Below are positions 1-12,860 of a DNA stretch of 64,000 nt, piece after piece. The stretch lies in assembly GCA_030265395.1 (NCBI GenBank), contig JARFYF010000064.1, forward strand, positions 232,650-296,649, read 5' to 3'. Numbering within the stretch: the stretch's first letter is position 1; each line of letters begins with the position of its first letter. The translations under genes were made by a program, and so were the position numbers. The notes under the pieces were generated by a model, which had not been told where the DNA came from, searched no databases, and saw only the letters and a list, made by a program, of their open reading frames with translations. This DNA comes from Rhina ancylostomus (lineage: Eukaryota).

Positions 1-95
1 GTTAGATAGTGTGAGGTGTGGTTTGATGGACGGCACAACACGGTGGGCCGAAGGGCCTGTATTGTGCTGTATTGTTCCATGGTTCTCTGGTTCTA
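1..95 (+). mobile_element. CR1 LINE 3' terminus
   Basis: GGGCCGAAGGGCCTGTATTGTGCTGTATTGTTCCATGGTTCT. The same terminal motif ends other CR1 copies here (about 41150-41186, and reversed at about 6020-6050). Confidence 0.7.
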
Positions 96-1289
96 ATATC
101 TGTTCTAACTGCATAAGAGGACGTGGGGAGCTTTTCATTGTTCCACTCTCGCCCCCCCCATAAAAAACGGCTGGGTGCCCGAGGGACGAGTTGTGATCAA
201 GTCCTGTGCACGGCGAATGGGCAGAAGTTGCTTCTTTCACGGACTGTGTGTAAAGGGACACTTAGATTAGCAGCTCGGTGAAGTCTTGTCATTTTCACAG
301 GTTGTGTGGGAGACCTACTGGTGCAGCACAATTCTTCAGGACTGTCCCAGAACAATATGCCGTATGCCACAGGGCACCGTTCCAGAATCAGGTATGATTC
401 CATTTCCACTGATAGCTCCTGCCCCAAACAGGACAGGATATAATGAGAGAACCGCTCCCTGTAAGTGTCATCACTTTTCAGTGAATCATTCAAACCCAGC
501 CGCAGGGAAGCAAATTTACTGGTTTCAGGAATAGGTGAGAGTTGCTTCCGGAATCTGAGACCAGCTGTGGGAGGCTGTGCATTCAAGATCGAGCTCTACA
601 TTCTCATCGTGAATTCGGTCTCAGACCCGGAAGGATATGAATGTCTTGGATTTGCCTCTGAACCTGAAACACATCAACTCCCCTCTATACCATCAGCTCT
701 TTCCTCATTTCAATCACGTACACAGGTGGCACAATGTCCACACATATATCAGGAAACCGGAGCACCCGTTAAACTCCAGGGGGTCATGGTCTAATCCCCT
801 TTCCAACACTTGGTCTGAGGTCCTGCAGACTCCTGTCTTCAAATCTACGTCATAGTAAATTTCACGTTAGGGTTTCAGATGTTTGGTTTGAGTACCCTAG
901 CTCTCTCTTGAAAATTGCTGCTTTGTCTCCACCTTTATCTTTCTACTCATTACTACGTTCACAATGATAACCGGGAATATTGGGAAACCTCAGCAGGCCA
1001 GACAGGAGTCTTGGAAAGAAAAACAGAGGCAAAGTTTCCCGATAAGAAACTTTCCTCAGACCGGATCAGTTCCGGCAGACTTTCGACATCTGGGTTACTC
1101 TGCATTGTTGTATCTGATATGAGATCCCAGATCTGGAAGTTCCAAGTCCGAACAAAGCCACATTCTGGTTGATAGAATTCACATTTACGTTAGAGGGAAT
1201 GAACTGTTCTGAGGTCAATTATGCTAAACGCCAGATCACCATTTGCTCAGCATAAAGCAGCGTCTCCACATCTCTGTTCTTCGCTGGAA

Positions 1290-1800
1290 TCGGACAGATG
1301 AAGTTTTGAACTTATAAACAGAAGCACTGAGACGAACAACTACGAAATCATGGTGCACACTGATCCGGCCACAGCTGGAGGGTTGTGCCGAATGTTGAAG
1401 AAAATACTGAAGATGAAGAACTTCCGAAAACAAAATAGACAAAGATGGAAAGGCAACAGGTCTCGTGTGAACCGTGGAAAGAGAAACAGTTAATTGTTCG
1501 ACCTCCGAAGTCCACTTCATCCTGTTGCCGCCGGATCTGCTGACTGTTTCCAGCTTTTCCGATTTTCGTTGGAGTATTGTGTTCATCTCTGGGCGCAGCA
1601 CTTCAGCAAAGCTGCAATGACTTTTGATATCGTGCAGAAGGGACCGACTGGAGTAATTCCATGGAGTTTAGTGATATGATAGACTGCAGAATCCGGGATT
1701 GTTTTTCTTTCCTGGAACATAATAGGTGGCAAGGAGATACAGTGAAGGTACTGGGATTTTAAAACAGAATTGGATTTCATGAAACTCAGCGAACATCCCC
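1290..1800 (+). mobile_element. Degraded CR1 reverse-transcriptase C-terminal fragments
   Basis: Translates to LEYCVHLWAQHFSK...VQK, matching the CR1 ORF2 'LEYCVQFWSP' motif also seen at 6411-6620. Confidence 0.55.
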
Positions 1801-2401
1801 GGTTCTGATTTGTGATGGAATGGAATTCGAAGAGGCATCTCAGTGCAGAAGGACGCCGGGGGACTTCTGTGGAACGGTTGCAGTGATGTACTTGGGTCTA
1901 GGATAATGGACAATTGACAAGCACAACAGTTCTCAATAGTGTGGGAGATGACTCCGACTATCGGAGTGTTTTTCTTCGGTTCCCATTAACTTCNNNNNNN
2001 NNNCTAAAAGGATGGAGTTCATGGGATCCAAAGCATGTTGAAGATTAAGTTACGAACTGGCTAGAAGCATAAGGCAGAGATTGATGGAGGAAAATTGCTC
2101 CATGATTTAATGCCAGCATCACAAAAGAACCGGGCTGGAGTTTGTAGTGATATTCTGAACTTAGAACAGTAAATTGTCAACAACTCATTGGAAGCTTGAT
2201 ACATTCCGGAAAAGGAAGTCCATCAATTGGCTCAACATCACATGCCATTTCCCTCACCAATGCTCATCCAGTCAGCACCTCTGCAACGAAGGGCAATGGC
2301 ANNNNNNNNNNNNNNNNNNNNNNNNNNNNNNNNNNNNNNNNNNNNNNNNNNNNNNNNNNNNNNNNNNNNNNNNNNNNNNNNNNNNNNNNNNNNNNNNNNN
2401 N

Positions 2402-2530
2402 TCTGCCTCAATATCAGGTCGAAGACAACGACAAGTGAGTCCGCTGCTGCCATGGCCACCAGATAACGAGTGACGCCTTTTGAGAGACCACATTTTCCCC
2501 GGGACAGGATCGCAATGGTCACAAGGTTCA
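2402..2530 (-). CDS. GPR139/GPR142-like class A GPCR, start of exon 2; the remainder is lost in an assembly gap
   Basis: Pyrimidine tract plus AG (CT at 2531-2532 on +), then phase-1 (V)NLVTIAILSRGKCGLSKGVTRYLVAMAAADSLVVVFDLILRQ, open up to the N run at 2302-2401. Clear paralog of 18184-19070. Exon 1 was not found. Confidence 0.75.
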
Positions 2531-2825
2531 CTGTGAAGAGGGAAATAAACAGTAAATTTACATGGAAAATCAACAGACCCCAGCTGCTCAATCTGTATTA
2601 ACACACAAAGAGCTGGAGGAACTCAAGGGGTCAGGCAGAACCTACAGGTGCAATTGGAAAGTCCAAGCTTCGGCTCGAATCCCTTCATCTGGACTGAGAG
2701 AAAGGGGAAACAGCCAGCATAAAAACGATGGTGTAGCAGCCGGCAGGTGACCTCGGAGAGATTTAGTTGATTCGCTGAGAACAAAAGTTCACTGAGAACA
2801 AAAATAACCGTGTTCCAGAGGGGTT

Positions 2826-3087
2826 TGTCACTGTGTTGCTCAAAGAGAAAGCTCATAGAGAACCCAAATGCGGCACACTGAGACAAGACTGGAGTCAGGA
2901 TACNNNNNNNNNNNNNNNNNNNNNNNNNNNNNNNNNNNNNNNNNNNNNNNNNNNNNNNNNNNNNNNNNNNNNNNNNNNNNNNNNNNNNNNNNNNNNNNNN
3001 NNNTAATCAGTCCAGCATGGAATCCATGTGCTGGACAACAAGGCATTAATGGAGCCAAATTGAGGGCCAGAACTCAGAATTATGACA
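2826..3087. mobile_element. LTR-like element (TGTCA...TGACA) with internal gap; same family as 29715-30052
   Basis: Both gap flanks closely match 29745-29791 and 29978-30052. Terminal TGTCA/TGACA present; flanks GGGTT and GTAAA do not form a TSD. Confidence 0.65.
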
Positions 3088-4215
3088 GTAAAAATAGTGT
3101 ATAGTGGAGTGAGTGGTTAGTAAATCTCAATTTCTGTTTACTTTTCTCTCCCCATATTTACAATTAACCATTACTCACCTGTTGCAGATGCGTCAGCGTG
3201 AAGCTTTGCATGTGCTATGAATGGATTTGAAATCTCACCATTTCTACCGTTCCATCATTGAAATGTCTCACTGTTGACTCGCCGACATGTTGCACAATCT
3301 GGTAACTCAAAATCTCGAAACTCTGTTTGAGGGAAAACGGCTATTAATCGATTTCAAGCTGTCCCGGGAGATTTTTACCTACAAGAAGACACTGCAGAGA
3401 TCACAACGCAGAAGCAGTGAAAGATACACAAACTCCATGGCCCATATGTGCTCAGTGCTGCTAAACCGAACGCTGGCAAAATGGTGCGTTGCAGATGCAG
3501 CGATTGTTATTTGCATGCCCGGCAGAGCCTGATTGGAGATTCCAAAAAGAACCGTTTAGTTTAGGCAGTTAACTTGGATTTTGAAAGTTATTCATCCATG
3601 CGGAACGATACTAAATTAACTAGTGTAACTTCTTTGCGGCCAGCCCTCGATGCCAGAGAAATTTGTTAAGGACGCTTGTCCTGAAAGCACTTTCAAAAGC
3701 AGCATCTGTGCTTTATAACATTAAAACAGTAATTGCACATCTAAAGTTATTTGTTTTCGGAGAACATTCTGGAATGCGATTGCTGGGTGAAAGCTGCTTA
3801 ATAAATGAAGTTTGAACTGCCGAGAGGCGAATATTGCGCATTTAAAACACCTGGAAACTTGTGAACTTTGAGGAGAATGTTCGAGTGTATGCAATTGATA
3901 CGTATTTACTCGCTGGAGTAGAAGAACTAAGTTTCTTTTCGTGCAGCTTCTGTTCCGCCGTCAGGATGTACACATTGATTCAGTTATGTCCTTGGGACAC
4001 TGCCAAGTCTCGTTTAAACATTCACCAGGCTCAATGCCCTTGAAATCTTTGACTCTGTCTTATCCTCATGCGCATGGCGTTTCCTCTGATCAGATGTGAC
4101 CAGTTTATTTCAGGTTCATCATCACCACGACCCTGAAATCGTAAAGTCACCCATCCTCTCGAATTTACTCCTCCAATTTTCTTTTGTGTGTTTCATTCTG
4201 AAGCTGGTGGGGGAC

Positions 4216-5235
4216 ATGTGGACGAATGGCTCTGTCGTCTTGGTTATTATTCCACCGCTCTGAAACAAGTCACTGTTCCGTTGGTAAAACAACCTTATTA
4301 TTCAGTTAAGCTGATTTGAACTCAAATAGTGGAACCACATTTCGGTTTAAATCTCAACACCTCCCTTGCAGGTGGGGATTGCCATTTTGCTGCGAGGAAA
4401 ACGGGGATGTATCAAAATGCATTAGTCGTTTCCTCGTGGCTATGGCGTCGGCAGACGGCCCGGCCTTCATCCTCGGTGTCCTTTTATTGAACACTGGGAA
4501 TAATTATTTCACACTCACATTCTTAACCCTTACCCCAGTGTGCCCTGCCGCGGCGTGGCCACAGAAGCGTCTGTCTGGTTCACGGAGATGTTCAGCTTTG
4601 ATCAATTTACGGCCATGTCTTGTCAGAATCTGACAGTCAAGGACTGCACCGAGGAAACAGCAGCTGTGGTTATAGGTTGCAATGATGGTGCTGAGTTGCA
4701 TAATGAACATTCCCAGATATTTGCTGTTTGACCAGTGGTATATGGTGGACAATGGTCCGCGCGGGTGTGCTTGAATACAGAAGTTCTTTAGTTCATCCAC
4801 GGGGACCGCATTTCACAAGGTCGAACTTACGGTAACAGCTTGTGCTTCTCACTTTCTGTTGCTGTTGTTCAATTCCCTCACTGTCAGACATATTTCCCTG
4901 GCAAGTTGATGCTGCATGGAACTCCGGGGTTTGAGCAGTGGAGAAAACCGGAGCAATCCACAAATGGAGAACTCAAGGGAATCTCTTGCTGTCTTCTTCA
5001 GTCAGTTACATTCCATTGCGGAGCCCACAGTTTGCAGACATCGTAAATTTACATGTTTCAGACGATCAGAACCTCGCAACCAATGACTTTCCCTTCATTG
5101 CATTCATGCTGCCGGTGCCTAGTTGTTGCACTAACGCACACATTAACGTTGTGACTCTCAGTGAATTTTCAGAGAAGATGAAAATCGCGATCATATACCC
5201 CATCAATTTAATTATTAAATTAATAAAATTAAATA
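4216..5235 (+). pseudogene. GPR139-like GPCR pseudogene (candidate exon 1 4216-4283, 88-bp intron, exon 2 from 4372)
   Basis: Split across frames: IAILLRG / SKCISRFLVAMASAD / TPVC / ATEASVWFTEMFSFDQFTAMSCQNLTVKDCTEETAAVVI / SCCTNAHINVVTLSEFSEKMKIAIIYP. Contains frameshifts and stops. GT at 4284 and AG at 4370-4371; upstream YYSTALKQVTVP resembles the exon-1 motif YYPVLxxVGxP. Confidence 0.8.
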
Positions 5236-6000
5236 TTTCAGAACCTTTGATCCGTGAACAAGTGGAATCCTTTTGCTAACTGGACTTTCAATTGTTTGCA
5301 CCAGCAAGTGTCCATTCACATAGTCCCCTATTAATGATTGAAAAGCCGTTGATTTCAATATATTGAGTCATGCATCTGATATTGACATAACATCATGTAT
5401 GTGTTTCAAAATATCAGAAATCGATCATAAGTTTAATCAATAAATAAAAGTTATATGTCGAAGTATATTTGTACTTGTCAAAGTGAAGTAGAATTAACAC
5501 TCTTTTATACTTCTGATCACGAATTCTTTCCTCTCGCACAATGTTCCGGGTGAAAGAAGGAATGAGGCTGCAGTGTCAGAATCAGTGGTCGTCCATGCTC
5601 AAACGGTAATTGAATTATTTCCATCAGTCCAGAACAAATAGAAAATGTAAACCAAATAAATATCGGGAGAAATTATTATTTTTCGTCATTGGCACGTTGG
5701 TATCTGAAATACACCAACTTTACTTCTTCCACGTACAATCGTCTGAATGTAAACCAGAATATTGGCCAGGATGATATGAATGCGCTGACTCCCTCGACGA
5801 GCATCGAACTATATTATCAAAAGGTCACTTGCATCCACATTCTCCCCATTACCACCTTTGATACCAGTTTATCTATCCCAGTGGATTTCTGGCGAGTTTC
5901 ACGTTTGACTTTGTCCGAATTGACACAGGCGCCGATAAATTCAGCCCAGCTGAGATCATTGATCCGAATAGACTCTTGGCCAATTAATACCCACTGATGG

Positions 6001-9000
6001 AGTCATCGTGTGATAAATTCATACAGCATAGAAACAGACCCTTCGGCCCAACTCTCCCATGCCGACCGTTTTGCCTAGTGAGCTAGCCCCATATGCCCGT
6101 GTTTTCACAAAGTCCTCTAAACCTCTTCTGTCCGTGTACTTATCTAGATGTCTTTTAAATATTCCTAATGTGCCCGGCTCAACCACTATTTTTGTCAGCT
6201 GGTTCCAAATAAGCGGCACTCTTTGCGTGAAGAAGCTGCCCCTGATGTCCCTCTTAAATCTCGCAGCTCTGATCTTAAACGTATGTCCTCTCGCTTTCTC
6301 CTCTCTCACTGGGAAAACAGCAACGTGTTTTCACCACTGTCAATGCCCCTCATGATCGTATAAAAGTCAATCTGGTCATCTACCAATCTCGAAAGTTCCA
6401 GGTCAGAACGTCATCGTTTCCACGACGTCTCTCTCCCAAGTCTAAGCAACATCCTGGTGAATGTTTTCTGCACTCTTTCTAGTGTAATAACATCTTTCCT
6501 AAAACAAGGTGACCAAAACTGTACGCAATAATCCGAGTGCTGCATCACCAATGTCTTGGATAACTGCAACATAACTTTCCTACTCCTATATTCAATGCCT
6601 TGACTGATGAAAGCCAGCATTCTTCACCACTCTGCCTGTCTGTAACGCCGTTTTATGCGGACTAGTCACTGGCACTCCGAGGTCACTCTGTTCCAGAACA
6701 CACCCTGGTTCCCTTCCATTCAATCTGTAAGTCCTAGCCTGGTTGGATCTCCCAATATGCAACACTTCACATTAATCTGGACTGAAAGCCACTTTCCAAT
6801 CTTCAGCCCACATACTTAGTTGATCAAGAGCTCCCTGTATTTTTTCATGACCGTCTACACTTTCTACAACACCACATATTTTGGTATAATTCATGAGCTT
6901 ACTAACCAGCCTTGCATATTCACATTCAAACAATTGATATAAATTATTAACAGCAAAGATCCCAGTACCGACCGCTTTGGCACACCACTAGGCACGGGTT
7001 TCCAGTCCGTGAAACCACCCTACACCATCACTTTGGACTTCCTACCACTGAGCTAATTAAGAATTAAATCCGTGAGCTCCTCCTGGAATATAGGCGAACA
7101 AAGCTTTCAGACTCACTGCCATGACGCACCTTGTCAAAGGCCTTCCTAACGTCCATATAGCCAACATCGATTGCCCTACCCTCATCTACCCTCTTGGTTA
7201 CCTCGTCGAAGAGCTGCAAGAGATTTTTCAGACATGACTTACCACATTAAAAGCAATGCTGATGTTCTGGAATCAGACACTGTCTCTGCAGATGTTGATA
7301 GATTCTGTCCGTCATCATATCCTCCAACAAATTACCCACCACATATGTCATATTCACCGGCCTGGAGTTTTCTGACTTGTTTTTGCTGCGCTTTGTAAAC
7401 AATGGTGCAACATTAGCCATTTCCCAGTCCTCCGGATCCTCACCTGCAGCCAGTGATGGAGCTATATCCCTGCAAGGCCCTCCAAAATTTCTTCTCTCGC
7501 TTCCCACACGATCCAAGAATGCACCAGGTCAGCCCTTTGGAAGTGAACCACCTCAATGCCCTTTAAGGCCTCCAGTACCTTCTCCCTTCTAATTCGCATG
7601 TGGTTCAATATATCTTCCCTCATTTTCCCCGTTTCCTCCATCTTTTCCTCTACAGTAAAAACTGAAGAGAAATATTCGTTCAAAATCTCACCCATTTGCT
7701 TTGGGTTCACATACAAACAACCATGCTGTCCTTCAAAGGGACCTATTCTCTCCTTCGACTCCCCTTTACTTATAATTTACCTGTGGATTCTCTTGAGATT
7801 TTGCCTCATCTTTCTTTCCAGATCTCACTAATATCCTATTTCTGCGCTGTTAACCTCTATAGTAAGTGCACCCCTGCACTTGCAGTAATCATGAGATTCA
7901 CTGGTCCTTAATTGCTTGTGGGCAGTGTATGCCTCCCTCTATTTTTCTTAACTCGACCCTGAACAACTCTAGTAAACCAGATTACTTAAACCTTCCAGCC
8001 TTGCTCTTCCACTTACCAGGAATATGCAGGCCCTGACTCTTGACATCCTACTTCCACTTGACAGACGTTACGTTCCCTGCAAACAATCTCGCCCAGTCAA
8101 CCACTGCAAGATCCCGCCTAATGGTTCCAAAGTTTGCGCTGCCCCAGTTCAGGACCTAAACCTGTGGACCAGTCGTATCCTTCTCTATAATTCTTTTAAA
8201 GTTAATGGAATTATTGTCACTGGACCCCACGTGCTCAAGGACAGAAACCTCCGTCACCTTCTCCACCTTATTCCCCTGGAGGAGGTGCAGTTTTGCACCC
8301 TGTCAAGCAGATCCCTCGAAATATTGACAAAGAAGGCTTTCTTGGACACCTTTTCCAATTTCCATTCCGTCCAGCCTTATCCATTCTGGTCCCCAGTCAA
8401 TGTGAGGGATGTTAAATTCTCGCACTAATACTGTCCTATTGTGTTTAGATTTGACTGCAATCTCTCTACATATCTGACCTTCCAATTCCTGCTGAAATTG
8501 GTGTTCCATCATACAACCTCGTAAGAGTTACCATCCCCTTTCTCTTTCGAAGTTCTAACCATATAGCCTCACCACATGATCTCCCATGAATATCCTTTCT
8601 AATGGCAGTTGTTGTGTCCTCTTTCATCAGGATGCCAAGTCCCGCTCCTCTCTTACCTGCACCTTTGTCACACCAGCAGTATTTATACACGGGAATATTG
8701 AGCTGCGGGCCGTGTCTTCCCTCAGCCATGTTTGGCATATGGCAACGTCATCCCTTTTCCGAGAGCCAATCTACGCACTGAATTCATCCACCTTGCTTGC
8801 CAATCCTCTTGCATTGAATTAAATGCAGTATAAGCCAATGGCCGTTCATCTCCCATTACCATCGTCTTGTCTATCCTGACGACTAAGTTTGCTCTCATTG
8901 GCTGTAGTATTGTCTCCTGATTTCTCATCAGCCGCTATGCTGCCGTCCTATAACTCTCGTTTAAACCTTCCCGACTGCTACTAACAGATTTCCCAGCCAG

Positions 9001-9770
9001 GATATTGGTCGCCTACCAATGCAGGTGCAACCCGTCTCTCCTGTACAGCTCAACCCTACAACAGAAGAAATGCCAATGATCCAAGAACTTGAATCCCTGG
9101 TCCCCTGAATGAGCTCTTCTGCAACATATTCATCTGAGCTGCCGTTCTATTTCTACCCTCTCTAGCGTGTGGCACTGGGGGTAATCCAGAAATTACTACA
9201 CTCGAAGTCCTGCGGTTTAGGTTGTTTCCTGAATGCCTGTGTTCACTATGAAGGATCTCATCCCTCTTGCTACCTGCATTGTTCCTGTCAAGAAGCACCA
9301 CGACAGCGGTCTGCTCCCTCTTCCCTGAGAATGGTCTGCAGCTGCTCCGAGACGTCCCTGACCCTGAGACCCGCGAGGGAGCACACCATCCTGGAGCCAC
9401 TTCTTCGGCCACAGAATCTCCTGTCTGTCCCGTGAACTATGGCGTCTCCTTTCACATCCGCCCTATCTGAACTCTCCCTTACCCGCTGACTCTCAGAGCC
9501 TCTATCAACGCCACCGATTTGGTTACTGCTGCTGCTGTGTCCACAGAGGTCTTCCTCCCAGCAGTATCCAAAGGGGTACACTTGTTGCTGAGGGTAGCAG
9601 CCACATGGGGACCTTGCACTCTCCGATATTTCCCCTTACTTCTGGTTTTCACCCAACTTATCTGCAGCCTGCACCTTAGGTGTCATAACCTCACTAAATC
9701 TCTTGTCTGTGATGTCCGCACCCCGGATGATCCTAAATACATCCAACTCGAGCTCCAGTTCCTTATTGCG
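6001..9770 (-). mobile_element. Long, degenerate CR1 LINE (ORF1 coiled-coil/SGNH esterase, ORF2 APE and RT, 3' tail)
   Basis: ELELELDVFRIIR and GTDRRFCGRRSGSRMVC (ORF1); FNIPHIDW and EAIWLELR (APE); PEDWEMANVAPLF, DYCVQFWSP and RGHTFKI...FFTQRV (RT and C-terminus); reversed CR1 tail at about 6020-6065. Many stops and frameshifts. Confidence 0.9.
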
Positions 9771-10959
9771 GTCAGTGATGTGTGAAATCTCATCATTTCT
9801 CACTTTCACCTTCACCACCACTTTCCAGTCGCTCATCCTCACAGATATCTGTGCTTCTGTTCTCCTGGTTTTATCTGGTAGTTGTCTGACACGGGGCCAA
9901 TTGGTGTGCAATTTTGCTGTGGTACTTGAAGGAGTTTGAGTTCTGAATGAACGATAAAGGCCATGGAAATGACCAACAGCCTCCCTGACATCGGCGGACA
10001 CGCCCTATGCCTACTTCAGATGTTCTAGAAATATTCAGCTCTGCTGTTGTTATCTTTATACTTGACGCTTCCATTTCTTGTCTGTCCAGTGTCCTTTGCG
10101 TAACCAGCAGGTAAATTTCAGGCCATTGACATCTCTATTGACATGTATCAAATCGCATAACTCTACCACTAATGTGCATTCACATATTCTCTGGCTCCCA
10201 GTTATGGATGCCTTGATTATCCATTATCATCCTGCGACGAAACCCTTCCATATAAGCATTTCAGGTCCCTCAATATAATCTCCCGCAGCCATCAACCCTT
10301 CTGAGCGACAGCCTGTTTCTCCAGCAGCATGATAATTTATCGACCGTCATTGGCGGATCTGGTTAAGCTGCTAAGGCAGCTTATTTGTAATTACCCTGAA
10401 TGTCCACAGCTATAAACAAAAACAATTTCTTAAAAATAAAGTTGCCTGAATGTAGGTACGCGATAGTCCCATATAAAAATTGATTGGAAAGTTATCTACG
10501 ATTCATTATTTTAATTGGAATCATGCTTTTACCAGCAGACTATCGTCTGTGGCAAAGTTAGATGGAGCTAAATCGAAAAAAAATTTGCCAACTCTAACAG
10601 ATGTCATGCAGATTGACCTCACAGAGTCATCACATCTGAGAATGAAGCTTAAACAGGTCGAGAAATGTGGTAATGGATTCTACTGGAAGGGGAAGAACAG
10701 ACTGACGTGTATGAGAGTTCCAGCGGAAAACGAGGACATTTGTCTCACCGATTATCTACCACCCATTATCAGTAATCCCACATTAATGCATTTATTCTTA
10801 TTCTAATCATATGTTCATCGAATACTCCAGATCCTACCGCTCATCTGCAGACAAGGGCCAATTGATAGTGGGAATACCTTACTGTTGTAGAATTCGTTGG
10901 TGTGATTGCACTTGGATTGCACTGTGTCTTTCCGGTCTCCTACCGAGACGAAGGACCTC

Positions 10960-11430
10960 ATTAGGATGAAAAAGGTGCAGATAAGATTCACGGACATGTT
11001 TCCTGCACTCGAGGGCTTAAGATATAAGGAACGACTGGATAGACTGGGTCTTTTTCCATTGGAGCGAAGGGGCCTGAGTGGTGATCATCTAATATCATGA
11101 GCGGCAAGATAAAGTGAATGTCACTGTCGTTTTCCAGGTTAACGTAATCTAAATTTAAATATGATAGGTTTAAGTTGAGAGGGGAATGATTTAAATAGGA
11201 TCTGAAGGGCAAAATTTTCACAGCGAAGGTAGTGGGTGGATGGAACGAGCTGTGCAACGAAGTGCAGTAAAACTGCGACGACGACTGGCCATTTGGACAG
11301 GCAGATGGATTGGAAAGGTGTCGAGAGGTATCCGCCAAACGTCGGTAAATGAAATTAGCTGAGGTAATCACCTTGTTCTTCATGGAGCTGTTGTACAGAA
11401 AGGCTGTATAACTGTGACTCTATGCCGTGA
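10960..11430 (+). mobile_element. 5'-truncated CR1 3' fragment
   Basis: KVQIRFTDMFPALEGLRYKERLDRLGLFPLERRGLSGD followed by a degraded tail. Confidence 0.8.
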
Positions 11431-11439
11431 CTAAGACAC

Positions 11440-11582
11440 AAGTCTTGGAATACGTGAGGAAACCGGAATACACGGGGAAAATCCACGATATTATAGGGAT
11501 AAAGAGCAATCTCCACGCAGACGGCACCCAAGGTTCGCTGGAACAGCAAGACAACGGCCCCAGTATCAGTGCCACTGTGCGG
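11440..11582 (-). mobile_element. Degraded V-SINE fragment
   Basis: GAGGAAACCGGAATACACGGGGAAAATCCACG is the reverse of the V-SINE core seen at 18000-18030. Confidence 0.55.
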
Positions 11583-12359
11583 CTTTCACGGCGATAAGAA
11601 AGGTAACTGAACGGAATAAAGACTGTGACAGTCGTTTAATCTAAGAATGCAGTTCAGAAACATGAATGAATTGTTCTGAGAAATGTTATGCATTTTTATT
11701 TTGTAGTAAACAGACGGTGGAACCATTTGTTAACCCCTTCAATGTTCATGCTGTCCCGTTCGGGAAACCTAATGCCTGGCTAGCCCTGGACTGACCGTGG
11801 GCGCTGGCAGTCTGGTGAGTGGAACGATATCGATAATAGAACCGGAAGATGGGCTGCAGCAGACATTTAAAACTCCGTCCGCGTCGCTGTGTTAGGTGGA
11901 TAGCTCGCCCACGCTTTCGTCACCCACAGCTTCAGCTTCAGCAGACAGAGGCTCCCACGCAACAGAGAGGCATTTCCCGTTTTACATCAGAGCTGTGGCA
12001 TTCTTAACGCATATCCAAACGTGAATAGCGAAGATACTGAACTCTTCCCCAGGGGAGTGCAGCAAGGCAGAAAAACAAATACAGTGATTACATTAGGTTT
12101 CAATGCACATGTGATTGAACGATAAGGTGCTGCAGGCAGACAATGGGTAGCAAGCAGCACGACACAATTTTTACCACAATCGAACCATATTACTACAGGT
12201 GCACGTAGAAGAAAATGCAGAAATAGGAACATGGTGACTTTGCCCGCATTGTACAGAGAGGGTGAGATTGTTTGGGACATCTGCGCGTTATCTGGAAGGT
12301 TTAGGACCTGTATCAGTTGAACGTTTGAATCTCAACAGTGGCCGCACAAGTGACGTCAT

Positions 12360-12860
12360 TCAGAATCATACTACAGAGAAACAAACCTTTCGGCCCTTTC
12401 CTTTCATGTTGTTCATCAAGTGCCCATCTGGGCTGATACCATTTATGAACAGTTCGTCCAAAGACTTCTGCGCCATGCCGATTCAATGCTCACCCAGGCA
12501 CGTTTTACATTCTGCGATGATACCACCATGCACGGATTTATCTGGGAGTGTGTTTCTTCAAGCAATCACATGCCTGATCAGAAAACAAGTCACTCAGAGC
12601 GGCTCGAAACCCCGCACTCTTCAGTGCAAACTATAGCAAGTCTCTGGTATTTAAATAATTGCCTCACATTCCGCCGTATCTATGTTCGTCATTATGCTGT
12701 ACACCTTTCTTTGATACCTATCTCCCGTCGCTTCCTCTCCGCAGAAGACAATTCCCCCATAGCCAGTCCTTATTCCTAAATGAAACATTGTATTTGTATC
12801 GGATGCAACATGCTGGAGAAATCCGTCCGTACCCTCTCCGGTCATTCCCATGCTGACTAT
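12360..12860 (-). mobile_element. Degraded CR1 3' fragment
   Basis: Begins with a reversed-tail-like CATACTACAGAGAAACAAACCTTTCGGCCC and continues in CR1-like sequence. Confidence 0.5.

Noticed and set aside
3170-3260. Strong minus-strand donor (CAGGTGAGT) as possible exon 1 of the 2.4 kb receptor
   Set aside because: The phase-1 frame has an upstream stop with no ATG and lacks the YYPxLxxxGxP motif.
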